The notes beneath the pieces are model-generated. The model was not told the DNA's origin. It worked only from the letters and a program-made list of their open reading frames with translations, and did not search any database. A stretch of DNA of 64,000 nt from Alphaproteobacteria bacterium (GTDB taxonomy: Bacteria; Pseudomonadota; Alphaproteobacteria; UBA828), in NCBI GenBank assembly GCA_965237415.1, contig CBDEFM010000002.1, forward strand, positions 3,456,001-3,520,000, given 5' to 3'. Position numbers and translations under genes: made by a program. Shown one piece after another: positions 17,990 to 28,370 of this stretch (position 1 is the first letter of the stretch; the number at the start of each line of letters is the position of its first letter).

Positions 17990-19093
17990 ATGAAACTCGG
18001 CATGTTCATGCACCCGATCCAGGACTTTCGCCGGGGATATCACACGCTCCTCAAGGAAGACTTCGAGATCATCAAGTGCGCCGACGCGATCGGTTTCGAC
18101 GAGGTCTGGCTCGGCGAGCACTTCGCGCTTCCCTCGGAGCCGATTCAGTCGCCGCTCATGCTGTTCGCCGCGCTGGTGCCCCAGACGGAGCGGATCAAGT
18201 TCGGCTCAGGCGTCCTCTGCCTGCCTTATCAGCATCCGGCCATCGTTGCCGGCCAGGCGGCGCAGTTCGACCATATCTCCGAGGGCCGCTTCCTCATGGG
18301 GATCGGGCCGGGCGCCACGCCGCCCGACTTCGAGATGTTCAAGATCACCGACCTCGACCGCATGGAGATGCTGGTCGAATCGATCGACATGATCCACGGC
18401 ATCTGGGCGTCGGACCCGCCCTATGAGTTCCACGGCAAGTACTGGGACTTCGAGATCAAGGACAACGTGCTGCTCGACATCGGCGTCGGCGGGATGGGCA
18501 AGCCCTACCAGCAGCCCCATCCGCCGGTGATGATCCCGGCGATGAGCCGGGGTTCCGGCAGCATCCGTCTCGCCGCCCAGCGGGACTGGATGTGCATCTC
18601 CGCCAACTTCGTGCCCGATGAGGTGCTCAAGGGCCACTGGCGCGACTATCTCGACGAATGCAAGAAGCTGGGGCGCCAGCCCGACCCCTCGAAGTGGAAG
18701 GCAGGCCGCACCCTGCTGATCACCGAAACCGACGAGGAGGCGCGCCAGTATCTCCGGCGCGAGGACAACGCCTTCCGCTGGTACTTCGAGTACATCATCG
18801 GTATCACCCGCCACGGCGGCTTCGTCCACATGCTGAAGTCGGACCCCGACATGCCTGACGACGAGGTGACGCCGGAGTACTGCATCGACACCATCGTCAC
18901 CGCCGGCAGCCCCAAGACGGTCGCCAAGAAGATCGCAGCCTTCCGCGACGAGGCGGGGCCGTTCGAAACCCTGATCCTCTCGCACCACGACTGGGTTCAT
19001 AAGGATCTCTGGCGGCGCCACATGGAGCTCACGGCGACGGAGCTTATGCCGCGGCTCCGCGCCGAAATCGGCTGGCAGGCGGCGGCCGAATAG
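17990..19093 (+). CDS. LLM-class flavin-dependent oxidoreductase
   Basis: MKLGMF, GFDEVWLGEH, GRFLMGIGPG, PYQQPHPP. Confidence 0.9.
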   Translation: MKLGMFMHPIQDFRRGYHTLLKEDFEIIKCADAIGFDEVWLGEHFALPSEPIQSPLMLFAALVPQTERIKFGSGVLCLPYQHPAIVAGQAAQFDHISEGRFLMGIGPGATPPDFEMFKITDLDRMEMLVESIDMIHGIWASDPPYEFHGKYWDFEIKDNVLLDIGVGGMGKPYQQPHPPVMIPAMSRGSGSIRLAAQRDWMCISANFVPDEVLKGHWRDYLDECKKLGRQPDPSKWKAGRTLLITETDEEARQYLRREDNAFRWYFEYIIGITRHGGFVHMLKSDPDMPDDEVTPEYCIDTIVTAGSPKTVAKKIAAFRDEAGPFETLILSHHDWVHKDLWRRHMELTATELMPRLRAEIGWQAAAE

Positions 19094-19100
19094 GCCGAGC

Positions 19101-20588
19101 TTATTCGGTGACGATCTTGACGAGCTGACCTGGCTGCAGACGATCGCCGGGACGCAGGCCGTTCAACACCCGGAACCGCTCAGTGCGGAAATCATTGAAT
19201 GGCATGCGAGCCGAGAGCGAATCCACGGTATCGTCAGGCGCGACCTCGACAACACGAAGCCTGAGCGGGCGGAGATTGGCGGCCTGCCGCTGACTGAGCC
19301 GCCTGAAGCTGGCCATCATCTGGCGGAAGGGAGCCGCGAACGCCTGCGTCTGTCGCGGCGGGGTTACAAAGAAAAAGCGGTAGATCCGCTTGGGCGCGGC
19401 GCGGATAGCGACCAGCCGCACGTCGCGGACGCCTGACTTGGTCCGGACCCGGGTGCTTGCAGCCACCGCGTCGAGACCGTCGATGGCCAACCTTTCGATC
19501 CTTCGCAGCGGCACCTTTGACGCCCACTCGCCCCGCAAATAGCGCAATGTGCTAATCGCGGGGTCTGGCAGCCTGACTTCGTCGAAGCGCATGGAGGCGC
19601 CGGATTGGTGCGTGCCCACAACCGCTTCCGGGCCGTTGCGCAGGCGGAATCCGCGCGGGGCGGTGAAGGCGATCCGCAAGATCGGATGGGCAAATGCCCG
19701 GCCGCGGACAAATCCCTCTTCGGGGGAATCGCCGTAGATCATGCCGTCGATCTGCCTGAGGTAGATGTCGCGGGCACGCTCGCCACCGAATTCGGCCTGG
19801 GCCGCGGCGGCCGCCTTCCTCACCCGGTCGGCGGTGCGCGGATGGCTCGCGAAGAGGCCCCCCAGCGCTCCCTCGCCGCGCGAGCCGGCCTTCTGGCGTG
19901 CGAGCTCGGATTCGGCCCCCATCGTCTCGAGAAAGCTCGACATCGCTATCGCGTCGAAGCCGCTGCGGCTCAGATAGCGCACACCCAGCATATCGGCCTC
20001 CAACTCCTGGGAGCGCGAATAACCCTTCACGTAGGCACCGGCCGCGAGCTGCGCGATATCCGAGACGGTCCGGTTGTCGATGACCGCGCCGAGCAATGCT
20101 GCGCCGAGACCCGCGACCAGGCCGTGGCTGTAGCGCTCGGCGCTGTGGCGTGCAGTCACGTGGCCGATCTCGTGGGCGATCACGCCTGCGAGCTCCGCCT
20201 CGTCGTTGGCGAGCGCCATCAGGCCGCGCGTGACATGGACGTAACCGCCGGGCAGCGCGAAGGCATTGACCTCGGGGGTGTCGAGGATGACGAAGGTGAA
20301 GGGCGTTTCCGGCTGCTCGGAGGTCAGCTGAAGGAGCCTGCCGAGACTTGCAACGTAGCGCTGAAGCTCTGGGTCCTCATAGAGACCGCCGAAGGCCTTC
20401 ACCAGCTTGGGATGCTCGTGGGCGCCGACACGCCGCTCTTCCTCGGGCGGCATGAAGGCGGTGAACTGCTCCTCGCCGGTCGCCGGATTGACGTTGCATC
20501 CGCTGAGCAGAAGCGGCGCGGTCGTCGCAAGTGCGAGACCCAGCACCAAAGCCACGGGCACGGCCGCCAGGCGTCGGGACCGCATCAT
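19101..20588 (-). CDS. M48-family Zn-metalloprotease lipoprotein with C-terminal LysM-like domain
   Basis: Lipobox LLSGC, VNAFALPGG, HEIGH, ELEAD, ASHP; C-terminal PDDTVDSL...LNGL. Confidence 0.9.
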   Translation of the reverse strand: MMRSRRLAAVPVALVLGLALATTAPLLLSGCNVNPATGEEQFTAFMPPEEERRVGAHEHPKLVKAFGGLYEDPELQRYVASLGRLLQLTSEQPETPFTFVILDTPEVNAFALPGGYVHVTRGLMALANDEAELAGVIAHEIGHVTARHSAERYSHGLVAGLGAALLGAVIDNRTVSDIAQLAAGAYVKGYSRSQELEADMLGVRYLSRSGFDAIAMSSFLETMGAESELARQKAGSRGEGALGGLFASHPRTADRVRKAAAAAQAEFGGERARDIYLRQIDGMIYGDSPEEGFVRGRAFAHPILRIAFTAPRGFRLRNGPEAVVGTHQSGASMRFDEVRLPDPAISTLRYLRGEWASKVPLRRIERLAIDGLDAVAASTRVRTKSGVRDVRLVAIRAAPKRIYRFFFVTPPRQTQAFAAPFRQMMASFRRLSQRQAANLRPLRLRVVEVAPDDTVDSLSARMPFNDFRTERFRVLNGLRPGDRLQPGQLVKIVTE

Positions 20589-21382
20589 TCCAGAAGCTCG
20601 ATCTGCTCGGGATGGGTGGCCTCGATCATGGGGCCGTTGAACGACTCGATCCAGCCGCGCACGCGCACCAGACGGCCTTCGTAGTCTTCGACGGCGATGC
20701 CCGCGGCCTCGAACCGGCGGCGGTCGCGCGGCGCGATGAAGACGGTGAAGTCCTCGCGCCAATCCTCGCCGAAATTGAGATAACCGCGGCCGCGCACGAC
20801 TGCTGCTGACCTGACGCGTCCCTCGACCAGCTGGAAGCTGCGGAGGCCGCCCTCGGCCTCCCCTGCCGCCCGCACCCGGTAGTCGGGCTGGGACCAGATA
20901 CCGAGGCGGCCGGCGCGGGCCTGGCGCTCGAGGGCAAGCATATCGGCAACCGCCATCCGATCGTCGACGAGGCTATGGACCCGGGCGAGTCCCACGGCAA
21001 GCAGCGCGCCCTGTACCCAGGCCCCGTCGTCCGTCCGCACGAGATGGGCGCGCAGGCGGCCGTGCCGGTCCCGCCGGGTGTCGCCCAGTGCCAGGCCGAT
21101 CCGGCGGTCTTGCACCAGCGCTGCCAGCGCCTGTCGTGCGTCCATCGCAAACCGCGCGGCCGGCGAATCGGTCCTGCTACGGGGGACACTCGGTGTCTCG
21201 ATGCCAGCGAGGCGCACCGTCTCTCCGTCGTCGAGCAAGACCGTGCTGCCGTCGATGACTTCGACGACGTGTGCTTCCGCGTCGAGCGTAAGGCCCACCG
21301 GTGGCGGCACTGCCGGCCCGCCCGCGGCGCCCGCCGCCTTCACGGTGAGAACGAGGAGAAAGACCGCGGCGAGTCGAGCCAT
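20585..21382 (-). CDS. Secreted thermonuclease (SNase)-like protein with extra C-terminal domain
   Basis: Signal peptide; VIDGSTV, VRLAGIETP, DRHGR, GLARV, E..AR...LGIW; YLNFGEDWREDFT tail. Confidence 0.85.
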   Translation of the reverse strand: MARLAAVFLLVLTVKAAGAAGGPAVPPPVGLTLDAEAHVVEVIDGSTVLLDDGETVRLAGIETPSVPRSRTDSPAARFAMDARQALAALVQDRRIGLALGDTRRDRHGRLRAHLVRTDDGAWVQGALLAVGLARVHSLVDDRMAVADMLALERQARAGRLGIWSQPDYRVRAAGEAEGGLRSFQLVEGRVRSAAVVRGRGYLNFGEDWREDFTVFIAPRDRRRFEAAGIAVEDYEGRLVRVRGWIESFNGPMIEATHPEQIELLE

Positions 21383-21488
21383 GGCGGGAGTATAGCGCGC
21401 CGCTCTCGCGCGAATGCGCGGCTTCTCAAGTAGACGGCAAGCCCGTAATGTCTTCGCGGCACACAGCCCAACGCGGGGAGGGCGCAGC

Positions 21489-23180
21489 ATGGACATGGTG
21501 ACGATGAACATCATCGATTCGTCGATGGTGTCGATCTGCCGGGAAATGGGAATCACCCTGATGAAGACGTCCTATTCGACGATCTTCAACGAGGGCCTCG
21601 ACTTCACGTGCGCCATTGCCGACACCGACGGCGAGATGGTTTCGGTCGCCGAGTTCTGTCCCGCCCAGATCGGCGGAATGCCGCTGGTCATCAAGACCTG
21701 CGCCGAGGAGATTCCGATCGACCAGATCGATGAAGGCGACGTCATCATCCACAACGACCCCTACCGGGGCGGCCTGCACGTGCCCGAGCACACGCTGTTC
21801 AAGCCCGTCTACGCCGACGGCGAGCTCTTGGCTTTCGTGGTTGCCATCGGTCACATCGCCGAGGTCGGCGGCATGGTGCCCGGCGGCTTCGCCGGTGAGG
21901 CGACGGAGATCTTCCACGAAGGCATGCGGGTGCCGCCGGTGAAGATCATGAAGCGCGGCCGCGATGTCGATGCGGTGTGGAAGCTGATGCTCGCGAACGT
22001 GCGCACGCCGCGATACAATTATGGCGACCTGCGCGCCATGATCGGGTCGCTGGACGTCGGCGAGGCGCGCCTGAAGGAGATGGTAGCGAAATACGGCCGC
22101 GACCTCTGGCGCGAGACCTGCCACGACCTCATGGACTATTCGGAGCGCCGCATGCGCGCCGAGATCGCGCAGTTCCCCGACGGCCGCTACCACTTCGAGG
22201 ACACTGTCGAGAACGACGGGATCGAGGACAAGCCCTATCAACTACGGGTCGACGTATTCGTCCAGGGCGACGAGCTGATCGCCGACTTCTCGGGCACGGA
22301 CGCCCAGGCAAAGGGGCCGATCAACGCCACCCTCGGCGTCACCTGGTCGGCGACCTACAACGCGCTCTTCCACATGACCGACCCGTCGATCCCCAAGAAC
22401 TCGGGGTGCTTCCGCCCGATCAAGATCGTGGCGCGACCCGGCACGGTCGCCAATGTGAATTACCCGGCGCCCGAGGTGGCGGGCAATACGGAGACCCACC
22501 CCAGGCTCGCGCTGATCGTGATCGGTGCGCTGGCCCAGGGCATGCCCGAACGCGCGATGGCGGCGGAGAGCGGCACCGGCGGCAATTTCGTCTTCGGCGG
22601 CCACCACCCCGACCATGACGAGTATTTCGCCTGCTACGATCTGATCTCCGGCGGTTGGGGCGGGCGCGACTACGCCGACGGCAACGACTGCGTGATCGCG
22701 ATCAACGGCAATTGCCGCTTCAACCCAGTCGAGGTGTTCGAGACCCGCTTTCCCTTCCAGGTCGAGGACTTCGCGATGACGCCGGATTCCGGCGGTCCCG
22801 GCCGCCACCGCGGCGGGCTCGGCTACCGCAAGACGCTGCGCACGCTGTCGGCGGAAATCACCGCGAGCCAGTGCACCGACCGGCACCGGATCAAGGCCTG
22901 GGGTCTCTTCGGCGGCAAGGAGGGTGCGGTCGGTGCGACCCTGGTCCGGCTCGAGGGCGCGGACGACTGGCGCCCGGTGACCGAGACCCACGGCAAGGTG
23001 TCGTCCTCCAAGTACGCCAACATCCGCCTTCGTCCCGGCGACCGGGTGCGGCTCATCGTGCCCGGCGGCGGCGGCTACGGCGAGCCCGGTGAGCGTGCGC
23101 CGGAAGCGGTGGCGGAAGACCTGGCGGAGGGCTACATCACGCCCGCGGCCGCGCGCCGCGACTACGGTTACGCCGGCTGA
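21489..23180 (+). CDS. Hydantoinase B/oxoprolinase family protein
   Basis: NDPYRGGLH, H..EVGG.VPG, EIFHEG, PVEVFE, DSGGPG.HRGG, PGGGGYG. Confidence 0.92.
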   Translation: MDMVTMNIIDSSMVSICREMGITLMKTSYSTIFNEGLDFTCAIADTDGEMVSVAEFCPAQIGGMPLVIKTCAEEIPIDQIDEGDVIIHNDPYRGGLHVPEHTLFKPVYADGELLAFVVAIGHIAEVGGMVPGGFAGEATEIFHEGMRVPPVKIMKRGRDVDAVWKLMLANVRTPRYNYGDLRAMIGSLDVGEARLKEMVAKYGRDLWRETCHDLMDYSERRMRAEIAQFPDGRYHFEDTVENDGIEDKPYQLRVDVFVQGDELIADFSGTDAQAKGPINATLGVTWSATYNALFHMTDPSIPKNSGCFRPIKIVARPGTVANVNYPAPEVAGNTETHPRLALIVIGALAQGMPERAMAAESGTGGNFVFGGHHPDHDEYFACYDLISGGWGGRDYADGNDCVIAINGNCRFNPVEVFETRFPFQVEDFAMTPDSGGPGRHRGGLGYRKTLRTLSAEITASQCTDRHRIKAWGLFGGKEGAVGATLVRLEGADDWRPVTETHGKVSSSKYANIRLRPGDRVRLIVPGGGGYGEPGERAPEAVAEDLAEGYITPAAARRDYGYAG

Positions 23181-23282
23181 GCGGCCGCGAAATCGCCCGG
23201 CACGGCACCCGCCGGCAGTAGAGGAGCCTCTGCCGCGGGTGCGCTTGCGCAGCGGGATGTTTCGGCCACAATTGGACAGGCG

Positions 23283-24923
23283 ATGAGCCGGGAATCGATG
23301 GAGTATGACGTGGTGATCGTGGGCGCGGGCCCCGCCGGGCTCGCGGCTGCCATACGCTTGCGTCAGCTCGCCGAGGAGTCCGGCCGCGAGATCAGCGTGA
23401 CCGTGCTGGAGAAGGGTTCGGAGGTAGGCGCCCACATCCTCTCCGGCGCCGTCTTCGAGCCTCTCGCGCTGGACGAGCTGATCCCGGACTGGAAGGAGAA
23501 GGGTGCGCCGCTTAACACGCCGGCAGGCAGCGACGAGTTCCGCTACCTCACCGCCAAGGGCAGCATCAGGATGCCGGGTGCGCTGCTGCCGCCGCAGATG
23601 CGCAACCACGGCAACTACATTATCAGCCTCGGCAATCTCTGCCGCTGGCTGGGTCAGCAGGCGGAGGAGATCGGCGTCGAAATCTACCCCGGCTTCGCCG
23701 CAGCCGAGGTGCTCTATCACGAGGACGGCCGGGTCAAGGGCGTCGCCACCGGCGACATGGGCATCGCCAAGGACGGCAGCCAAAAGGCCGGCTACGAGCC
23801 GGGCATCGAGCTGCATGCAAAGTACACGCTGTTCGCCGAAGGTGTGCGCGGTTCGCTGACAAAGCAGCTGGTCGAGCGTTTCGACCTGCGCGCGCGCTCG
23901 GACCCGCAGACCTACGGTATCGGTCTCAAGGAGGTCTGGGAGATCGAGCCCGACAAGCACCGGCCGGGCCTGATCCAGCACAGCTTCGGCTGGCCGCTTG
24001 ATAGCCGCACTTATGGCGGCTCCTTCCTCTATCACTTCGATGAGAACCTGGTCTCGATCGGCTTCGTGATCGCCCTCGATTACGAGAACCCGCACCTCTC
24101 GCCCTTCGACGAGTTCCAGCGCTTCAAGACCCATCCCTCGATTCGCCCCGTGCTTGAGGGGGGCCAGCGGCTGGCCTACGGCGCACGCGCGATCAACGAG
24201 GGCGGATACCAGTCGATTCCCGAGACCGTCTTCCCAGGAGGCGCGCTGATCGGCTGCGCCGCAGGCTTTCTCAACGTGCCCAAGATCAAGGGCAGCCACA
24301 ACGCGATGAAGAGCGGCGCGTTGGCGGCAGAGGCGGCGTTCGCCGCGCTGGGCGAGGCCGATGACGGCACGAAGCCGCTCGACGCCTACCCGGCGGCACT
24401 TCGTGACTCTTGGGTGGTCAAGGAGCTCAAGCAGGTCAGGAACTGCCGCCCAGCGTTCCGCTGGGGGCTCGCCGTCGGCACCGTGGTCAGCTTCATCGAG
24501 CTTTGGACCGGCGGCGTGCTGCCCTGGACGCTCCGCCATCGGCATGACCACGAAAGCCTGAAGAAGGCAGCCGATGCGCCGAAGATCGCTTACCCGAAGC
24601 CGGACGGCGTCGTCTCCTTCGACAAGCCGAGCTCGGTCTACCTTTCGAACACCAATCACGAGGAGGATCAGCCGGCGCATCTTACGCTCAAGGACCAGGG
24701 CGTGCCGATACGGGTGAATCTCGCGCTCTACGACGCGCCGGAGCAGCGCTATTGCCCGGCCGGCGTCTACGAGATCGTGGAGGACGCCGCAGGCCCGCCG
24801 CGCCTGCAGATCAACGCGCAGAACTGCGTGCACTGCAAGACCTGCGACATCAAGGACCCCACGCAGAACATCGAATGGGTGGTGCCCGAAGGCGGGGGCG
24901 GCCCGAATTATGCCAACATGTAG
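23283..24923 (+). CDS. Electron transfer flavoprotein-ubiquinone oxidoreductase
   Basis: [55 protein letters not shown]. Confidence 0.96.
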   Translation: MSRESMEYDVVIVGAGPAGLAAAIRLRQLAEESGREISVTVLEKGSEVGAHILSGAVFEPLALDELIPDWKEKGAPLNTPAGSDEFRYLTAKGSIRMPGALLPPQMRNHGNYIISLGNLCRWLGQQAEEIGVEIYPGFAAAEVLYHEDGRVKGVATGDMGIAKDGSQKAGYEPGIELHAKYTLFAEGVRGSLTKQLVERFDLRARSDPQTYGIGLKEVWEIEPDKHRPGLIQHSFGWPLDSRTYGGSFLYHFDENLVSIGFVIALDYENPHLSPFDEFQRFKTHPSIRPVLEGGQRLAYGARAINEGGYQSIPETVFPGGALIGCAAGFLNVPKIKGSHNAMKSGALAAEAAFAALGEADDGTKPLDAYPAALRDSWVVKELKQVRNCRPAFRWGLAVGTVVSFIELWTGGVLPWTLRHRHDHESLKKAADAPKIAYPKPDGVVSFDKPSSVYLSNTNHEEDQPAHLTLKDQGVPIRVNLALYDAPEQRYCPAGVYEIVEDAAGPPRLQINAQNCVHCKTCDIKDPTQNIEWVVPEGGGGPNYANM

Positions 24924-26715
24924 GGCAGGGGAGGGCGCGACCCAGAGTCGGCGGGGTGCACGCGGCCGCTGTCGCCGCACGGTCGGCTGGTTGAGCGGTG
25001 CGCTCGCCGTCTGTCTGACAGGCGGGATCTGCACGGGCGGTCTGTGGGCCGCCGATGAACAGACTCCGCCCCTGCCGCCGGAGCCCTCGGCCAGCGCCTA
25101 CCGCGACAACGGCTCGCCGATCGGCAGCTATCTCGTCGGGCGCTACGCCCACGCCCGCGGCGACTATGCCGCAGCGGCCAAGCATTTGCAGCGTGTCCTG
25201 AACACGGATCCCGACAATCCCTCGCTGCTGCGCCGTACTGTGTCGTTGCTGGCCGCCGAAGGTCGGATCGAGGCAGCGGCCGCGTTCGCGCGGCGCCTCG
25301 TCGAGGTCGACAACGACGCGCGGCTGGCCCCCTTCGTTCTCGGCTTGCAGGACGCGCGAAACGGCGACTACGAGGGCGCTCTGCAGCGCATCGACGCGAT
25401 CCGCCGCGACGGCGTCTATTCCCTCTTGATCCCTCTCGCCGAGGGGTGGCTGCACACCGGTACCGGGTCGGACGCCGCGGCTCTGGCGGCCCTCTCGCCG
25501 CTCGCCGATCGCGACGCCTACCGACCCTTCTATCTTCTCCATGCCGGCCTGATGCACGATCTCGCAGGTCGCGAGGCGGAGGCCGAGGCTCTCTTGCGGG
25601 AGGCCGTGGCGATTTCCGCCGGCTCCCACCGCCCGGTGGCGGCGCTCGGCAGCGTTCTGTTGCGGGCCGGGCGCACCGTCGAGGCCCGCGCGGTCTACGA
25701 GCAATACCGCGCGCAGAATCCCGAGAATATATGGGTTGAGCGTGTGCTCGCGGCCGCCGATGCCGGCATGTCGGTGCCGCCGCTCGTTGCCGACGCGCGC
25801 GGGGGGCTGGCGGAGGCCCTGCTCGGTGCAGCTGCCGCCCTGCCGCAGCGGGACAATGGCGACGCCGCTGTGATCTATGCGCGCCTTGCCCTCTTCCTCC
25901 GCGACGATCTGGATTCCGTTCGTTTTCTGATCGGAGAGATTCTCGAACAGACGGAGCGGGTGGAAGCTGCAGTAGACGCCTACCGGTCCATCCCCGCCGG
26001 GTCGGACTACGCCTGGGCCGCACAGCTTCGCGCTGCCTCCGGCCTCGCGGACCTCGACCGGCAGGACGAGGCGATCGCTGCGCTGAACGCCATGGCGGAC
26101 GAGCGCCCCGGGCGAATCGACGCCGCCTCTGCTCTCGGCGACGTGTTTAGGGTGGATGAGCGCTACGAGGAAGCCGCAGCCGCTTACGACATGGCGATCG
26201 GGCGGCTCGCGATCGTCGAGGACCGCCACTGGCGCCTCTTCTACGTGCGCGGCATCGCGTTTGAGCGTTTGGGGGAATGGCCCAAGGCCGAGGCCGATTT
26301 CCTGCGCGCGTTGGAGTTGGAGCCGGATCAGCCGCTCGTTCTCAACTACCTCGGCTATTCCTGGGTGGAACAGGGGCGCAATCTCGACGAAGGCAAGACC
26401 ATGATCGAGAAGGCGGTCGAGCTCAGGCCGGACGACGGCTACATCGTCGACAGTCTCGGTTGGGTGGCGTACAGGCTGGGCGACTTCGAGGAGGCGGTCT
26501 ACCAACTCGAGCTGGCGGTCGAGCTGGTGCCAGGCGATCCGATCATCAACGATCACCTGGGTGACGCTTATTGGCAGGTGGGCCGGCTGAACGAGGCGCG
26601 ATTCCAGTGGCGGCGCGTTCTTACCCTTGAGCCGGAGGACGAGCTCGCCGACCAGATCCGGCGCAAGCTCGCGGACAGCCTCTCCGCCGGGGCGGAGGCT
26701 GACGAAGCAGAATAG
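24910..26715 (+). CDS. Periplasmic tetratricopeptide-repeat protein (start codon uncertain)
   Basis: TPR repeats with [28 protein letters not shown]; conserved location between ETF-QO and ispE. Confidence 0.88.
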   Translation: MPTCRAGEGATQSRRGARGRCRRTVGWLSGALAVCLTGGICTGGLWAADEQTPPLPPEPSASAYRDNGSPIGSYLVGRYAHARGDYAAAAKHLQRVLNTDPDNPSLLRRTVSLLAAEGRIEAAAAFARRLVEVDNDARLAPFVLGLQDARNGDYEGALQRIDAIRRDGVYSLLIPLAEGWLHTGTGSDAAALAALSPLADRDAYRPFYLLHAGLMHDLAGREAEAEALLREAVAISAGSHRPVAALGSVLLRAGRTVEARAVYEQYRAQNPENIWVERVLAAADAGMSVPPLVADARGGLAEALLGAAAALPQRDNGDAAVIYARLALFLRDDLDSVRFLIGEILEQTERVEAAVDAYRSIPAGSDYAWAAQLRAASGLADLDRQDEAIAALNAMADERPGRIDAASALGDVFRVDERYEEAAAAYDMAIGRLAIVEDRHWRLFYVRGIAFERLGEWPKAEADFLRALELEPDQPLVLNYLGYSWVEQGRNLDEGKTMIEKAVELRPDDGYIVDSLGWVAYRLGDFEEAVYQLELAVELVPGDPIINDHLGDAYWQVGRLNEARFQWRRVLTLEPEDELADQIRRKLADSLSAGAEADEAE

Positions 26716-26730
26716 AGTGCCCGCGGTAAT

Positions 26731-26999
26731 TGACCCGCAATTCTCACCACGGTCGTGGCCTGCGTCGCACCCAGGCGTTCGATCCGCCAGGAGCGGGCCG
26801 AAAAGCGTATCGGGGAATACGGTTGAGGCCCGCGACGCCGCGGGCGGGCGCCTAGGTGCGACCCGGAGGGCGGCGGTATCCGGCCGACAGTGTGCGTCAC
26901 TGCGCATGCCCGATGCCCCACATCGCGCTGCGCGCCGTTCCTTCCCTGTCGGCCGGATACCGCCGCGCAGACCATGACCGTGGTGAGAAATGCGGGTTA
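26731..26999. mobile_element. MITE-like, Y-shaped palindromic element inserted at the 5' end of ispE
   Basis: 34-bp terminal inverted repeat (26731-26764 / 26966-26999, 30/34 match); second stem 26764-26781 / 26845-26862; perfect 21-bp third stem 26870-26890 / 26946-26966; no transposase. Confidence 0.75.
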
Positions 27000-27898
27000 G
27001 GGTCGGGGCGCCGGCCAAGCTCAACCTTTACCTCCATGTGACCGGCCGCCGCGCCGACGGCTATCACGAGTTGGACAGCCTCGTCACCTTCACCGGGCTC
27101 GCAGACACGCTGGAGATCGCGCCGGCCGGATCCCTCCGCCTCAGCGTAACCGGCCCGTTCGCCGGCGCCTTGGATGCGGGCGACAATCTGGTCGCGCGGG
27201 CGGCGACGGCGCTGGCGGAGAAGCTTGGCCGCCCCGCTAATGTGCGAATCACGCTCGACAAGCGCATCCCGATTGCGGCCGGCCTCGGCGGCGGCTCGGC
27301 CGATGCGGCTGCGGTCCTTCGCGGCCTCGCCCGGCTGTGGCGGCTCGGCGCCGGGCACGCAGGCGATCTTCGGGAGACCGCGCTCGGTCTCGGTGCCGAC
27401 GTGCCGGTCTGCCTCGACTCGCGCGCCGCCCACATGGCGGGCATCGGCGAGGCGTTGAGCGCACCGCCGCACCTGCCGCCATGCGGCGTGCTGCTGGTTA
27501 ATCCCGGCGTGCCGGTGCCCACCGGGCCCGTCTTCGCGGCGCGGCGCGGGCCGTTCTCGGCCGCGAGCCGCATCGATGAAGCCCCGCAGAATGCGGCGGC
27601 GCTTGCCGCGCTGCTGCGCAGCCGACGCAACGATCTGGAACAGCCTGCGCTCGCTCAAGTGCCCGAGATCGGCCGAGTGCTCGCCCGGCTTGCCGCAGCC
27701 CCCGGTTGCCTGCTGGCCCGCATGTCCGGCTCGGGCGGCACCTGTTTCGGCCTGTTCGAGGACGAGGCGGCGGCAGCCGGCGCAGCGGACGCCATCGCTC
27801 GCGACGATCCGGCCTGGTGGGTGCAGCCGACACGGCTCGTCCACGATGGTGGGATGGCCGAGACGGCGGACGAGGTGGCTACCCTCGGCGGGTCGTGA
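26990..27898 (+). CDS. ispE: 4-diphosphocytidyl-2-C-methyl-D-erythritol kinase
   Basis: APAKLNLYLHV, DGYHEL, KRIPIAAGLGGGSADAA, GADVP, RMSGSGG. Confidence 0.96.
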   Translation: MRVRVGAPAKLNLYLHVTGRRADGYHELDSLVTFTGLADTLEIAPAGSLRLSVTGPFAGALDAGDNLVARAATALAEKLGRPANVRITLDKRIPIAAGLGGGSADAAAVLRGLARLWRLGAGHAGDLRETALGLGADVPVCLDSRAAHMAGIGEALSAPPHLPPCGVLLVNPGVPVPTGPVFAARRGPFSAASRIDEAPQNAAALAALLRSRRNDLEQPALAQVPEIGRVLARLAAAPGCLLARMSGSGGTCFGLFEDEAAAAGAADAIARDDPAWWVQPTRLVHDGGMAETADEVATLGGS

Positions 27899-27938
27899 GC
27901 GCGCGCCGGTTCCAGCGCAAGTTGGCGGGAGCGAGGCG

Positions 27939-28370
27939 ATGGCGAGGATGCAGCAGCCGACGGCGCAGGATGTCCGGGACCTGCTAGCCTTCTTGCCCAA
28001 GCTCTATGTGGACGGTTTCGTGCCGATCAAGCGCGTGCACAGCAAGGACGAGGACGGAGTCGTCGCCTTCCCCTGGCCCGAGTATGAAGGGGTCGTGGAC
28101 GAGTTCATGGACTGCATCCGCCGCGATTGCTGGATCGATTGCGACTATGTTCCTCGGGAGGAGGAAAAGCCGATCGAGAGCGAGGAGGCGATCAGGCGGG
28201 CGACCCTGCGGCAAATACGGGCCATGCTCACCTATGTCTTGCGGGGAGAACGCTTCTGCGATGGCTGGTGGGGCCACATGATCGAGGGCGGCTACGTTCG
28301 CCGAATCCTCGAACGCCTCGCCGAACTCGAAGGGGAACTCGATGAGAGGGGAGGACGCTCAAGGCGGTAG
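27939..28370 (+). CDS. Conserved hypothetical protein, DUF6508-like
   Basis: LLAFLP...W...DY...LTYVLRGERFCDGWW...G...RILERL pattern recalled for DUF6508. Confidence 0.65.
   Translation: MARMQQPTAQDVRDLLAFLPKLYVDGFVPIKRVHSKDEDGVVAFPWPEYEGVVDEFMDCIRRDCWIDCDYVPREEEKPIESEEAIRRATLRQIRAMLTYVLRGERFCDGWWGHMIEGGYVRRILERLAELEGELDERGGRSRR

Noticed and set aside
26731-26999. The ispE insert as a group I/II intron or tRNA-like element
   Set aside because: No recognisable group I core, group II GUGYG start or domain V, or tRNA T-loop; the long perfect stems fit a palindromic or MITE-type element better
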